A stretch of 41,222 nucleotides of DNA, from the sequence record NC_105863.1; one strand, 5' to 3'. Shown here piece after piece: positions 9,245 to 18,316 of this stretch. The position numbers and the translations under genes are program-made. Below the pieces are notes generated by a model, which saw nothing but the letters and a program-made list of their open reading frames with translations, made no database searches and had not been told where the DNA came from. Numbering within the stretch: the stretch's first letter is position 1; each line of letters opens with the position of its first letter. The stretch is from a phage.

Positions 9245-9636
9245 GTTTCGCGCTCGATGTCTCTAAGTTCGTGGAAAAGGCGAAGAAGAACCCTGAGAAG
9301 GTGATGCGTCAGGTGTCTATCAAGCTGTTTTCCGCTATTATAAAGGCGAGTCCGGTAGACACGGGCCGCTTTCGTATGAACTGGATGGCATCTGGCGGTA
9401 CTCCTGCTTCCGGGATTACGGACGCTACGGATAAATCAGGAAACACAGCAACCGGAAACGCTACGAGTTTCGTGCTGAAAGCCGCTGACTGGCATGAGTT
9501 CACGCTGACAAATAATCTGCCGTATGCGCAACGGCTGGAGTATGGTTGGTCGCAACAGGCGCCAGCCGGGGTTGTCAGGACTAATGTGTCTCGCTTCCAG
9601 CAACTCATTAACGAAGAAGCCAACAAGGTGAAATGA
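9241..9636 (+). CDS. neck / tail completion protein (HK97 gp10-like, putative)
   Basis: 131 aa; motif TGRFRMNW..LPYAQRLEYGW resembles gp10-family neck proteins (from memory); ATGA overlaps both neighbours. Confidence 0.4.
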   Translation: MSFALDVSKFVEKAKKNPEKVMRQVSIKLFSAIIKASPVDTGRFRMNWMASGGTPASGITDATDKSGNTATGNATSFVLKAADWHEFTLTNNLPYAQRLEYGWSQQAPAGVVRTNVSRFQQLINEEANKVK

Positions 9637-10049
9637 TGGGCTACTTTGAGGACTTAACAAAAGCGTTCGATGTTCCGCTGGTAGCCTTCGGAACCGCCAA
9701 CGGCATCAAGGTCGCGCTTGAAAACATCGACGCGCCGACGTCAACCGATACGCCATATCTGGCAAGTTACATGTTACTGGCGGATACCGAGCAAGCAGAT
9801 TTGTTCTTCACGGAACAACGCGCGGGTGTTTATCAGGTCGACATTAACTACGCATCGGTGAAAGGTAGCGCGCCAATCAATAAAATGGCAGACTTACTTA
9901 ACACGGCATTCAAAGCAGGTAAGTCATTTTCTCGTAACGACATCTGCGCCGAGGTTCAATCGGTTAGCCTGGGGCCGCTGATTGTAGAAAACGGATGGGC
10001 CAAACGACCATTGTCAATTAACTTTATTGCATTCACCAAGAGGCTGTGA
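9633..10049 (+). CDS. tail-associated structural protein (putative tail terminator/completion)
   Basis: 138-aa ORF immediately upstream of major tail gene. Confidence 0.35.
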   Translation: MMGYFEDLTKAFDVPLVAFGTANGIKVALENIDAPTSTDTPYLASYMLLADTEQADLFFTEQRAGVYQVDINYASVKGSAPINKMADLLNTAFKAGKSFSRNDICAEVQSVSLGPLIVENGWAKRPLSINFIAFTKRL

Positions 10050-10051
10050 AT

Positions 10052-11218
10052 ATGGCTACAACTCCTTTTAAGGGCGCGAATACCGCGCAATTCTATGTGG
10101 CGGAAGTCACCCCGGGCGTAACACCGACTAACCCGGTCTGGTCACCGTTGCGTAACACTGGCGGTGTTCCTGCTATCACCCGCGACACGCTGACCTCCAA
10201 CGAACTGGACGGCAGCCGTGAAACTACATCCATCCGCACCGGTAACAAACAGGTTAGCGGTGAATACGCGATCGAGCTTAGCTCGAAAAGCCAGGATGAC
10301 TGGCTGGCTGGTGCTTTAGGCTCTACGTGGCAATCCGGTGTTTCCCTGTCCAGTCTGTCGATTACCGTCGCACCGGCGGGCAAGACGTTCACACGCGCTA
10401 CCGGCAGTTTTATCACTGACGGAGTTGGGGTAGGCGACCTGATTGCATTTACCGATTTAACAGGCGATAACGCAAAACCATTTATTGTTACTGCAGTAAC
10501 GGCTACGGTTGTTACTGGTGCGGGCATCCAACACACCCTGACCACCGAGACAAAAACTAGTAAGGCTAAAACCGGCGACACGCTGGAAACCGGTAACACG
10601 TGTAAGACGTTCTCTATCCTTACCTGGTACAAAGGCCAGTGCGGCGGTACTGACGCGTACACGTTAACCAAAGGCGTGGAAGTTTCTGGTTTTACCATCG
10701 AACAGGCTGTTAACGCGATGGTAACTGGCAGCTTCCCATTCATCGGTCGCAGTCAGGAGATTCTCACTACGCCGCCGACCGGTTCCAACTTCTCATCTGT
10801 TACTTTTGGTGATGAGCCGTTCTCTTCGGTTGACGTTTCCGTGTTCGATGGCTCTACGCCGTTGCGTTGTGATAGCCTTACCATCACCAACGACAACAGC
10901 GCGTCCGCGCAGTTCGAACTCGGCAACACTAACGTGGCCTTTGTGGAACGTAGCCGCGCGGCTAACACCTTCTCCATCTCCGGCAAGCTGTACGACATGG
11001 CTATGATTCAGAAGTTTATCAACGAGCAACAGGTAGAGATTAACTCTATTCTGGCGGGGGTAAACGGGGCTATGTCTTTCAGTTTGAAACGTGCAGAACT
11101 TACGGCGGTTACACCTGAGATTGGAGGACCTGAGTCAATCACTCAGTCTATTGAAGGCCAGGCTACTGGCAACCAGTACCAGTCGTCTATTGTTATCCAG
11201 CGTATCACCTACGCATAA
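10052..11218 (+). CDS. major tail protein
   Basis: 388 aa from ATG 10052 (RBS AAGAGG); Thr/Ser/Gly-rich; followed by strong bidirectional terminator; position before chaperone/tape-measure genes. Confidence 0.5.
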   Translation: MATTPFKGANTAQFYVAEVTPGVTPTNPVWSPLRNTGGVPAITRDTLTSNELDGSRETTSIRTGNKQVSGEYAIELSSKSQDDWLAGALGSTWQSGVSLSSLSITVAPAGKTFTRATGSFITDGVGVGDLIAFTDLTGDNAKPFIVTAVTATVVTGAGIQHTLTTETKTSKAKTGDTLETGNTCKTFSILTWYKGQCGGTDAYTLTKGVEVSGFTIEQAVNAMVTGSFPFIGRSQEILTTPPTGSNFSSVTFGDEPFSSVDVSVFDGSTPLRCDSLTITNDNSASAQFELGNTNVAFVERSRAANTFSISGKLYDMAMIQKFINEQQVEINSILAGVNGAMSFSLKRAELTAVTPEIGGPESITQSIEGQATGNQYQSSIVIQRITYA

Positions 11219-11220
11219 AA

Positions 11221-11256
11221 CTAAGGCCCCGTTTGGGGCCTTAGTTTTTTTTTTCT
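11221..11256. terminator. bidirectional rho-independent terminator (AAGGCCCCGTTTGGGGCCTT + T11)
   Basis: 8-bp GC stem with T-run on plus strand and AGTTTTAT on minus strand; sits between convergent major tail gene (+) and kinase gene (-). Confidence 0.7.
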
Positions 11257-11810
11257 TACAAACCTAATTTTAAAGCAATGTCTATAACGTTCGATTTAAC
11301 GTCACCCGGTATGATGTAGGTGTCGTAATCTTTTACACCATCAACGCCATACAGATAACCACGGCTGTCCCCCTCAAACGTATAGCCGTCACGATGAAGG
11401 CGAACGATTCGCACGTCATGCCCGACGGCGACGATAGGGGAAACTTCACTGGCGAATCCCCCGTCGGACACTACAAAAACTTCGTTGCCGTCGGGCAATC
11501 TTCCGGCAAGATACTTACCGAAATAATCGTCACCGAATACCGGTTTAATGAATTGCTCAGAAATGGCAATCATGAACTGACGCCGAGACAACCCGTTAAG
11601 GAAACCCTCTGGCTTTTCTTTCCGCGCCCGGTCGTCGTAGCCGTCGAGAAACTCGCGGTAAGCATCCTGGCCTAACGCAGCCATAGCAATATTGAACATC
11701 GGATTCTTGAAACTGGCGACACCCTTCGCAAAGCCCATTTCTACCAGCGCCCTAGCAAGTGTGTCTTTCCCGCAGCCCGCAGGACCATTAAGAATAATTA
11801 CCTTAGCCAT
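11256..11810 (-). CDS. P-loop nucleotide kinase (dNMP-kinase-like)
   Basis: Walker A GPAGCGKDT at N-terminus; 184 aa; last gene of a three-gene minus-strand operon; family assignment from motif only. Confidence 0.55.
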   Translation of the reverse strand: MAKVIILNGPAGCGKDTLARALVEMGFAKGVASFKNPMFNIAMAALGQDAYREFLDGYDDRARKEKPEGFLNGLSRRQFMIAISEQFIKPVFGDDYFGKYLAGRLPDGNEVFVVSDGGFASEVSPIVAVGHDVRIVRLHRDGYTFEGDSRGYLYGVDGVKDYDTYIIPGDVKSNVIDIALKLGL

Positions 11811-12295
11811 TATTTATCACTCCCATGTGGTTTTAAGTGTGTAGAGTTCCCGTTACAGTCGTATTCAGTAACTGCGTGAGTGGTTATGCCGAGTTCGCGG
11901 AAATGCTTTATTACCGCTGGAGAGTCGTCGAATGCACACAAGATTCTCTCCGGCCCAATAGCACGCAACACCTCTTCTTTAATTACGATGTCTTTTCTGT
12001 TGTCGTGTTTGCTGCGCATGATTAACTGATAAAATTCGACGCGGTGGCGCTGCAACCACATTCTGGTTTCTTTTTCCGCGTCATCACTACGGCCTGTTAA
12101 GATAATAACGGCATAGCGACGATTAAGGGCGTTACACAGTTCGATGTTATCTTTAATGGGTGCATCGTCTTTGCACGCCATGTTAAATGGTTTCCACGCC
12201 CAGGTTTCGCCGTAGTTATCTTTCGGCAGCAGGTGTAAACGATGAGTACCATCTGCCAATGTCCCGTCTAAATCGAAAATCACAATATCTTTCAT
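11810..12295 (-). CDS. HAD-superfamily phosphatase (nucleotidase / polynucleotide phosphatase-like)
   Basis: N-terminal HAD motif I IVIFDLDGTL; 161 aa; start overlaps upstream stop. Confidence 0.6.
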   Translation of the reverse strand: MKDIVIFDLDGTLADGTHRLHLLPKDNYGETWAWKPFNMACKDDAPIKDNIELCNALNRRYAVIILTGRSDDAEKETRMWLQRHRVEFYQLIMRSKHDNRKDIVIKEEVLRAIGPERILCAFDDSPAVIKHFRELGITTHAVTEYDCNGNSTHLKPHGSDK

Positions 12296-13422
12296 CCAAG
12301 CATCTCCGGTGAAATAGTTAAACGTGCGACCTCGCCATATTCGGCGCTATAAGTAATTACGTTTGCACTGCGGCCCGACATCCACCCACCGCGGGAGGCA
12401 TATGCATCTTTAGCCGCGAGAGTGCGGTGTTGCTCAACAATCATGTTACGGCTTTCTACAATCTTTTGGTGGTGCAGGTGACCCACGTGGGCGTAGCTGT
12501 AAACACTCTCGCCGAACGCTTTGCGGAACTTGGCGATCATAACCGGTTCGATAGCATCGAAGCGTGCTTTATGGCCGTGGTGAAAGAACAGCGTAGTTTT
12601 GCCGTGTTGCACCATCTTGTAAACATCCGGCGACGTATCGACGAACACACGCGGCTCATTGTCGTACAGCGTACTAAACATCTCAGCTAACCAAATCATT
12701 CCGCTTTCGTCGTGGTTACCTTGCACGATAAGCAAGCGAACATTTTTATGTTTAACGAGAGCCATATCAATGACACGGCGGACCATACGAATCATGTAGC
12801 GTACAAGTTTCTGATAGCGGGTGTCAGCGTCAAGAACATGACCACTGGCAGGTGTAACGGCGTCCAGACTATCGAAATGCGCAAGGTCGCCCAGCAGATT
12901 AATAACTCCTGTTCCGGCATCCGGTGCTTTCTGGAACGCTGCGTCGAACCAGCGGGAGAACAGGTCTTCCGCAATCTTCATGTCCCAGTCGTCGCCGCTC
13001 TCGTCAGCCCAGGCCAGCATACCGAGATGGAAATCAGACACAGTGTAAAGGTTGAGTAGCTTGTCGTCTCGTTTGGCGCGAACGGCTTTAACAGGTGCAA
13101 CTGGTGTAATCTCCGACTTCATGCCTTCGATTACGGCTTTCATCAATTCAACCTGACGTTCGGCATCGGTGTCGGTCTTAACCCATTGCAACTTGGTGTT
13201 GCCAAACTCATCCACCAGTGATGACGTTCCTTTAATCTTGTAGCCGTCCGGTACAAGGTAACTAACGTCACGCCCGTGGCCTACACCTTTCTTAGCCAGC
13301 TTCGCTTTACGGATACGAATAACGCGGTCGGAGATGCCGTATTTACGGGCGATGTCGATATTCTTCATACCGGCGTTCAATTCTTCCTGTAACTGTTCGT
13401 CGGTTATTTTCTTCCTGGCCAT
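12292..13422 (-). CDS. calcineurin-like metallophosphoesterase with N-terminal HTH-like domain
   Basis: Motifs SDFHLG, LGDLAHFD, QGNHDE, FFHHGH, VGHLHH match metallophosphoesterase motifs I-V; N-terminal 60 aa resemble an HTH (KYGISDRVIRIRKAKL). Confidence 0.6.
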   Translation of the reverse strand: MARKKITDEQLQEELNAGMKNIDIARKYGISDRVIRIRKAKLAKKGVGHGRDVSYLVPDGYKIKGTSSLVDEFGNTKLQWVKTDTDAERQVELMKAVIEGMKSEITPVAPVKAVRAKRDDKLLNLYTVSDFHLGMLAWADESGDDWDMKIAEDLFSRWFDAAFQKAPDAGTGVINLLGDLAHFDSLDAVTPASGHVLDADTRYQKLVRYMIRMVRRVIDMALVKHKNVRLLIVQGNHDESGMIWLAEMFSTLYDNEPRVFVDTSPDVYKMVQHGKTTLFFHHGHKARFDAIEPVMIAKFRKAFGESVYSYAHVGHLHHQKIVESRNMIVEQHRTLAAKDAYASRGGWMSGRSANVITYSAEYGEVARLTISPEMLG

Positions 13423-13459
13423 GCTTATTCCTCGTGTTTAGGATTTGGCCTATACTAGC

Positions 13460-13651
13460 TCACTTCTCTTTGACATTCGAGTTGCACGCCCAGATTAAGA
13501 TAAATACCCACGGCAGCAGAATCCAGCCAAGAAACAGGTTAGCCATGAATATCGCTAACTTCGCTTTATGGCTACGCATATGGGCCACTAAAAACGGGAT
13601 AAAATAAACTAAAACGATAATAATTAAGAAGAACATAGTAATACCTGTCAT
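13460..13651 (-). CDS. small two-TM membrane protein
   Basis: 63 aa, two hydrophobic helices (FFLIIIVLVYFIPFLVA; LFLGWILLPWVFILIWA); first ORF downstream of the minus-strand promoter at 13686-13722. Confidence 0.4.
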   Translation of the reverse strand: MTGITMFFLIIIVLVYFIPFLVAHMRSHKAKLAIFMANLFLGWILLPWVFILIWACNSNVKEK

Positions 13652-13685
13652 GGTGTAGTTCCTGTTTGAGTTAACATTGTTGGTG

Positions 13686-13722
13686 TAAGTGAATAGTATC
13701 CTATTATGTTGGGGTGTGCAAG
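13686..13722 (-). promoter_or_regulatory. sigma70-like promoter (TTGCAC -17- TACTAT), inverted duplicate of 35824-35860
   Basis: Reverse complement of 13686-13722 is identical over 37 bp to 35824-35860; reads TTGCAC, 17-bp spacer, TACTAT on minus strand, upstream of minus-strand ORFs 13651 down to 11256. Confidence 0.5.
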
Positions 13723-13828
13723 TAATGTGTTAGAATTATTTTGCGCCTAGTGTCGCACACGAAAAGCGGGTGGTTCCCGCCTGGCGCATTAACCTTAACC
13801 AGTAACCTCTTAACCAAAGGATTAAATA

Positions 13829-14245
13829 ATGAAACTTTCTGATTTTTATTACGAAGCTGAGGCCGAAAAAGGCGCGCGTATGCCGATCCCCCTGAAAGAT
13901 GGTACGGACTCAGGGGAATGGCTTAATGTTGTTTCTCCTGAGGCAGACGTTGCCGTTAAGGCCATGCGAGCATTTACGCTGGCGTACCGGGCGGCGTTAG
14001 GCAGACTGAAACAGCTTCGTGATAAATGCGAAGAGACGAAAGATTTCTCGGAATACAACATTAAGATGGAAGACGCAGCGACGGACCTTAACCGCCAGTT
14101 AGCACTTGAACTGGTTAACGGTTGGAGTCTCGACGATGAATTTAATAAAGAGAACTTGAATACTCTTTTCTCACAGTATAAACGACTCGCCGAACACGTT
14201 GTTGTTTTCCATAATGGACAGCTTCGCCAATTGCAGGAAAAGTAG
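13829..14245 (+). CDS. tail assembly chaperone (G-like)
   Basis: 138-aa acidic ORF immediately upstream of tape measure gene with overlapping downstream ORF in -1 frame. Confidence 0.55.
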   Translation: MKLSDFYYEAEAEKGARMPIPLKDGTDSGEWLNVVSPEADVAVKAMRAFTLAYRAALGRLKQLRDKCEETKDFSEYNIKMEDAATDLNRQLALELVNGWSLDDEFNKENLNTLFSQYKRLAEHVVVFHNGQLRQLQEK

Positions 14246-14250
14246 ACGCG

Positions 14251-14610
14251 TTGCTCCAGTTCGCCCGTTGGAACTTCATAACCCGCCACAAACGGCGGGA
14301 ATTTGACAGTATTGCCGATGGGCATAAAGCTGCGCTAATTGCTATGGGGGTTATGCAAGACGCGCCGGAAGCAACGCAGGACGCCGGGCCAGAATGCCCC
14401 CCTGAGCTACTAACCACCTTCGAGAAGTACCGGGAAATCAAATTTACCCGCCGAGTGGATGACGACGGCATCAAGATGTACCCGCGCGAACAGTTACGAT
14501 GGTCGGATTTAGTGGCGTACAGCACCGTTTCAGGCCAGAATATAGGCATGTTTGAATCTGACATCATCATGAGCTTAGACGCTATTTTCGAGGGTAGAAA
14601 CGATGGCTGA
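14251..14610 (+). CDS. tail assembly chaperone second ORF (T-like; possible -1 frameshift extension or separate TTG-start gene)
   Basis: -1 frame is open from 14215, overlapping end of 13829-14245 ORF; TTG at 14251 preceded by AGGAAAAG; ends with ATGA-type overlap on tape measure start. Confidence 0.4.
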   Translation: MLQFARWNFITRHKRREFDSIADGHKAALIAMGVMQDAPEATQDAGPECPPELLTTFEKYREIKFTRRVDDDGIKMYPREQLRWSDLVAYSTVSGQNIGMFESDIIMSLDAIFEGRNDG

Positions 14611-16942
14611 TGTAGCTAGTTTAGTTGTAAAAGTATCGGAGCAAGGCGCGAAAGCTACATCAGACCGTCTTGATAACCTTTCCAAGTCCGCAAAGGTAGC
14701 CGGAGCTGCGGTAGCGGGCCTCGCTTCCATCGTCGCCGCTACCGCGTACAAGGCCGCACAGGAACTGGTAGACTCCCAACGGCAACTGGACAAGATGTCC
14801 GCCAGCCTGAAAACACTAACAGGAAGCACGCAGGGTGCAAGACAGGCATTAAGCATCCTGCAAGACTTCGCGCGCGACACCCCGTATGGTCTTGAACAGG
14901 CGGTAGAAGGATTCCGTAAACTTGTGGCGCTTGGTCTTACACCGTCAGAAGAAGCGTTGCGCTCCTACGGCAACACCGCCGCTGCTATGGGTAAAGACCT
15001 GAATCAGATGATTGAGGCCGTTGCAGACGCCAGTACATTTGAATTCGAGCGCCTTAAAGAGTTCGGCATCAAGGCCAAGCAGAACAAAAACGATGTTGAA
15101 TTCACGTTCCAGGGCACTACTACGGTGGTTAAGAAGAGCGCTGCCGATATCGAGCAATACCTGCTCAACATTGGTAACGTAAACTTCGCGGGTGCTATGG
15201 CGGACCAGGCCAACACACTCAACGGCGCTATAGCCAGCGCCAGCGATTCCTGGTCGCAGTTAAAAATGACACTGGCTACCAGCCTTGATGTTGGTGCGCT
15301 TGCAGGACCTATCCGGTACATTGATGATTTAATCCAGGAACTTAACGCACAGGTAGCATCCGGCGAACTTGCCGCCGAGATGCGTATGTGGGGTGACATC
15401 GCATCAGAAGTAGGAAGCGCGATAGAGATGTCGTTCGATGCCGCTTTTGGTTTCGTCGGTGACGCGATAAACGGATTAAATGAACTTTGGGATTTTAGCA
15501 GTAAAAGTATTACCGATAGCGGCGAACAAACGGCGACAACCATCGCGGAATCAGCCGCCGATGCGCTCGATTTCATCGCGGAAGAATTTACCGCGATGGA
15601 GCGCTTCTTTGAAGATATGGTTAAAGGGGCGCAGGACGCAGGCCGTTTAGTGAAAGCGGCCCTCACTCCGGGGGAATCGGTAGATGTAGCAAAAAACATC
15701 AACTTCCAACTTGGTATGGCCCTGGACACCCAGCGAGATGTAGCAGACCTGACGCGTAAAAGTTTCCGTGAGCAGGTGGAGGCGCAGCAAAATATCATCG
15801 CGCTTAAACGAGCGGCATACGACATAGACAAAGAAGCCGCTAAGGAAGAAGGGCTTAGTAAATTTAAGGTAACTGGTACCGGTGGTGAATCCGAAGATGA
15901 TAGCACCGGCGTAAAAGCCGCTAAGAAAGCTGCGGATGCTTTCGAGCGCCAGAAGAAAGCCGCCGAGGATTTCTACTATCAGTCGATCCATCTTAATGAT
16001 GACGTATTCCAGAAAATAGAAGCCAACCAGGAACAGCAGTTATCCAAGCTACAAGAGTTTTACGGCAATCAGCTTCTTAGCGACCAGCAATACGAGAACG
16101 CCAAAACCCAGATTATTCTGGAGGCGGACACCGCACGTCGGGAAGAACTTGCTAAGCGGGAGAAAGAACGGCAGGAAAAGCAGCAGAAAGGCGACGACTT
16201 CATTGCTCAGATTATGGGTCAGAATGCCACTGAGCTTGAGCTTCTAGACATCCAGGAACAGCAGAAACTGGCGGTAGCCGATAAGTACCGTGAGCAGGGG
16301 CTTATTAGTGAGACGCAGTATCAGGCCGCGCTTAACGCCATCAACGAGCAGTACGCCACGAAACGTGCCGACGCAACGGCAACCGCCTTTGGTAACATGG
16401 CTTCAAACATCGGGTCTGCGTTGGGCGAGGCTTCTGGTGCGTATAAAGCATTCGCTATCGTACAGGCCACTATAGCCACGTACACCGCAGCTATTGAGGC
16501 GTACAAGTCAACGGCAGCTATCCCTGTAGTTGGCCCGTTCCTGGCCCCTGTAGCCGCTGCCGCTGCCGTTGGTGCAGGTATGGCGCAGGTTTCCGCTATC
16601 CGGTCCGCGCGTGAACAGGGCGGACAGTTATCCGCAGGGCAGGCTTCCACCATCGCAGAACGCGGTAAACCAGAAGTTATTATGCCGGCTGGCGCATCTC
16701 GTGTTCGCACAGCACAGCAGATGAAAGAAATTATGGGGCAAAACGGGTCTTCTTCCGGCCCGTCTAATGTTACTATCGTAAACAACACGAGTTCTCAAAT
16801 CGGCAACGTATCCACTGAGCAAGATGATGAGGGCCGTTTGCGAATCATCATCGAGGAGCAGGTGGCTGCCTCTTTGCAGAACAGCAACAGCAAGATTAGC
16901 AAGGCCCGCAAAGCCACAAGAAATGCGCCGGGGTTTAAATAA
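14603..16942 (+). CDS. tail tape measure protein
   Basis: 779 aa, Ala/Gln/Glu-rich with long predicted helices; RBS GAGGG; position after chaperone pair. Confidence 0.8.
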   Translation: MADVASLVVKVSEQGAKATSDRLDNLSKSAKVAGAAVAGLASIVAATAYKAAQELVDSQRQLDKMSASLKTLTGSTQGARQALSILQDFARDTPYGLEQAVEGFRKLVALGLTPSEEALRSYGNTAAAMGKDLNQMIEAVADASTFEFERLKEFGIKAKQNKNDVEFTFQGTTTVVKKSAADIEQYLLNIGNVNFAGAMADQANTLNGAIASASDSWSQLKMTLATSLDVGALAGPIRYIDDLIQELNAQVASGELAAEMRMWGDIASEVGSAIEMSFDAAFGFVGDAINGLNELWDFSSKSITDSGEQTATTIAESAADALDFIAEEFTAMERFFEDMVKGAQDAGRLVKAALTPGESVDVAKNINFQLGMALDTQRDVADLTRKSFREQVEAQQNIIALKRAAYDIDKEAAKEEGLSKFKVTGTGGESEDDSTGVKAAKKAADAFERQKKAAEDFYYQSIHLNDDVFQKIEANQEQQLSKLQEFYGNQLLSDQQYENAKTQIILEADTARREELAKREKERQEKQQKGDDFIAQIMGQNATELELLDIQEQQKLAVADKYREQGLISETQYQAALNAINEQYATKRADATATAFGNMASNIGSALGEASGAYKAFAIVQATIATYTAAIEAYKSTAAIPVVGPFLAPVAAAAAVGAGMAQVSAIRSAREQGGQLSAGQASTIAERGKPEVIMPAGASRVRTAQQMKEIMGQNGSSSGPSNVTIVNNTSSQIGNVSTEQDDEGRLRIIIEEQVAASLQNSNSKISKARKATRNAPGFK

Positions 16943-17442
16943 TGACCGACTTATATTTCCCACGTAGCCTTAAGCCTATTGTGTCGAAAGGTTACTCAAT
17001 GACCAGACGTAACAACGTCTGGAGTGTCGATTTAGCCGGTGGCGGGGTGCGTCAGGGCCGTGACACATATTACGACGTGTTCCCTGTTAGCGTAACCCTG
17101 ATTACATCCGCAATGGGGCGACAGGCGTTTCTGTCATTCCTTGAAAAAGTAGACGGCGGTGCGTCAAGTTTCTGGATGGCGCACGACTTCGGCATGGGTA
17201 TCGAGGATTATCAGGTAACCATTACGTCAACCATCGCGGAATCCACCGAAGACGGCATTAACTGGACGATTACTTTCACGGCAACCGCTGAGAAATCGCC
17301 GTTCCAGGACCTTGAGAACCAGTGCCTGATTAACAATCTGCCGGATTTGTACGGTTGCTATGGTGACGGGCTGGGGTGTTTCCTTAAAGCCTACGGAACT
17401 GCACAATCAACGTTTCCACGAATTTGGGACCCGATGCAATGA
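16942..17442 (+). CDS. minor tail protein (distal tail, gpM-like position)
   Basis: 166 aa; start shares base with tape measure stop (TAATG). Confidence 0.4.
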   Translation: MTDLYFPRSLKPIVSKGYSMTRRNNVWSVDLAGGGVRQGRDTYYDVFPVSVTLITSAMGRQAFLSFLEKVDGGASSFWMAHDFGMGIEDYQVTITSTIAESTEDGINWTITFTATAEKSPFQDLENQCLINNLPDLYGCYGDGLGCFLKAYGTAQSTFPRIWDPMQ

Positions 17443-17954
17443 GCCAGGAATCAGTAGAAGCAGCCTATCGCTGTAAGCTGGCGTCTAACCCGGACGGCGA
17501 GATGGACTACATCACGTTGCAAATCAGCCACCCGTTGCTGTCAAAGACCTACTATCTTGTGCGCGGGCTACAGGAACTTACAGCAACACTGGAAACCGGC
17601 GAAACAATCACGTTCGAACCCACCCCGATGGAGGCGTCGGGGGCCGCTAACAACAGTGATATGGACCAGACGACGACGTTTACTCTACCGGATATTCTCA
17701 ATCAACTGGACGATGAGATGGATAAAATCCCGATGAGCAATACCGAGTTGCCGAAATTTGTCTTCCGCCGTTACGTCAGCACCGACCTGTCTTACCCGGC
17801 TGACGGCCCGGTCGTGTACGAGTTGCAGGCCATTAACCAGGAGAAGGGAGAGTTTTCTGCGGACGTCGGTACACCTATGCTGAACCAACGAAGCACTGGT
17901 ATACTGATGACACCTAAAGAGATACCGTTATTACGCGGCCTGTTGACCACATGA
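17439..17954 (+). CDS. minor tail protein (gpL-like position)
   Basis: ATG 17439 overlaps upstream stop (ATGA); ORF track start 17424. Confidence 0.4.
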   Translation: MSQESVEAAYRCKLASNPDGEMDYITLQISHPLLSKTYYLVRGLQELTATLETGETITFEPTPMEASGAANNSDMDQTTTFTLPDILNQLDDEMDKIPMSNTELPKFVFRRYVSTDLSYPADGPVVYELQAINQEKGEFSADVGTPMLNQRSTGILMTPKEIPLLRGLLTT

Positions 17955-18316
17955 ATATTAACGACTACACGGGCATACCTTACGACTTTCGTAAACGTAA
18001 TTGCTGGCATCACGTGCGCATTGTACGGGCGGATGCTGGGTTAGAGACACCGGCGTTCGACGTCACAAGCCCAACGGCAATTAATGAAGCGTTCGACGAA
18101 GGCCATCGTGACACGAAGGGGCTTACGAAAATAGATAAGCCTGAAAACTTCTGTGCGGTGCTTATGGGGTATCGCCGTGGTGGTCGTATCGTGTGGCACG
18201 CAGGAGTATACTTCGACGGGATGGTTAGCCATTGCGAGCTTGCTTCTCGTCAGGTACGGCTTGACAGGCTGGCGGACCTCAGAGACACGTACACGGAGAT
18301 TGAATTTTGGCGATAA
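17951..18316 (+). CDS. minor tail / tail assembly protein (gpK-like position)
   Basis: 121 aa; Cys-His pair (RNCWHH) possibly papain-like, as in lambda K-type proteins; ATGA overlap upstream. Confidence 0.35.
   Translation: MNINDYTGIPYDFRKRNCWHHVRIVRADAGLETPAFDVTSPTAINEAFDEGHRDTKGLTKIDKPENFCAVLMGYRRGGRIVWHAGVYFDGMVSHCELASRQVRLDRLADLRDTYTEIEFWR

Noticed and set aside
15004-15906. 300-aa minus-strand ORF inside the tape measure gene
   Set aside because: Ser/Ala-rich low-complexity translation antisense to the Ala/Glu-rich tape measure; shadow ORF.
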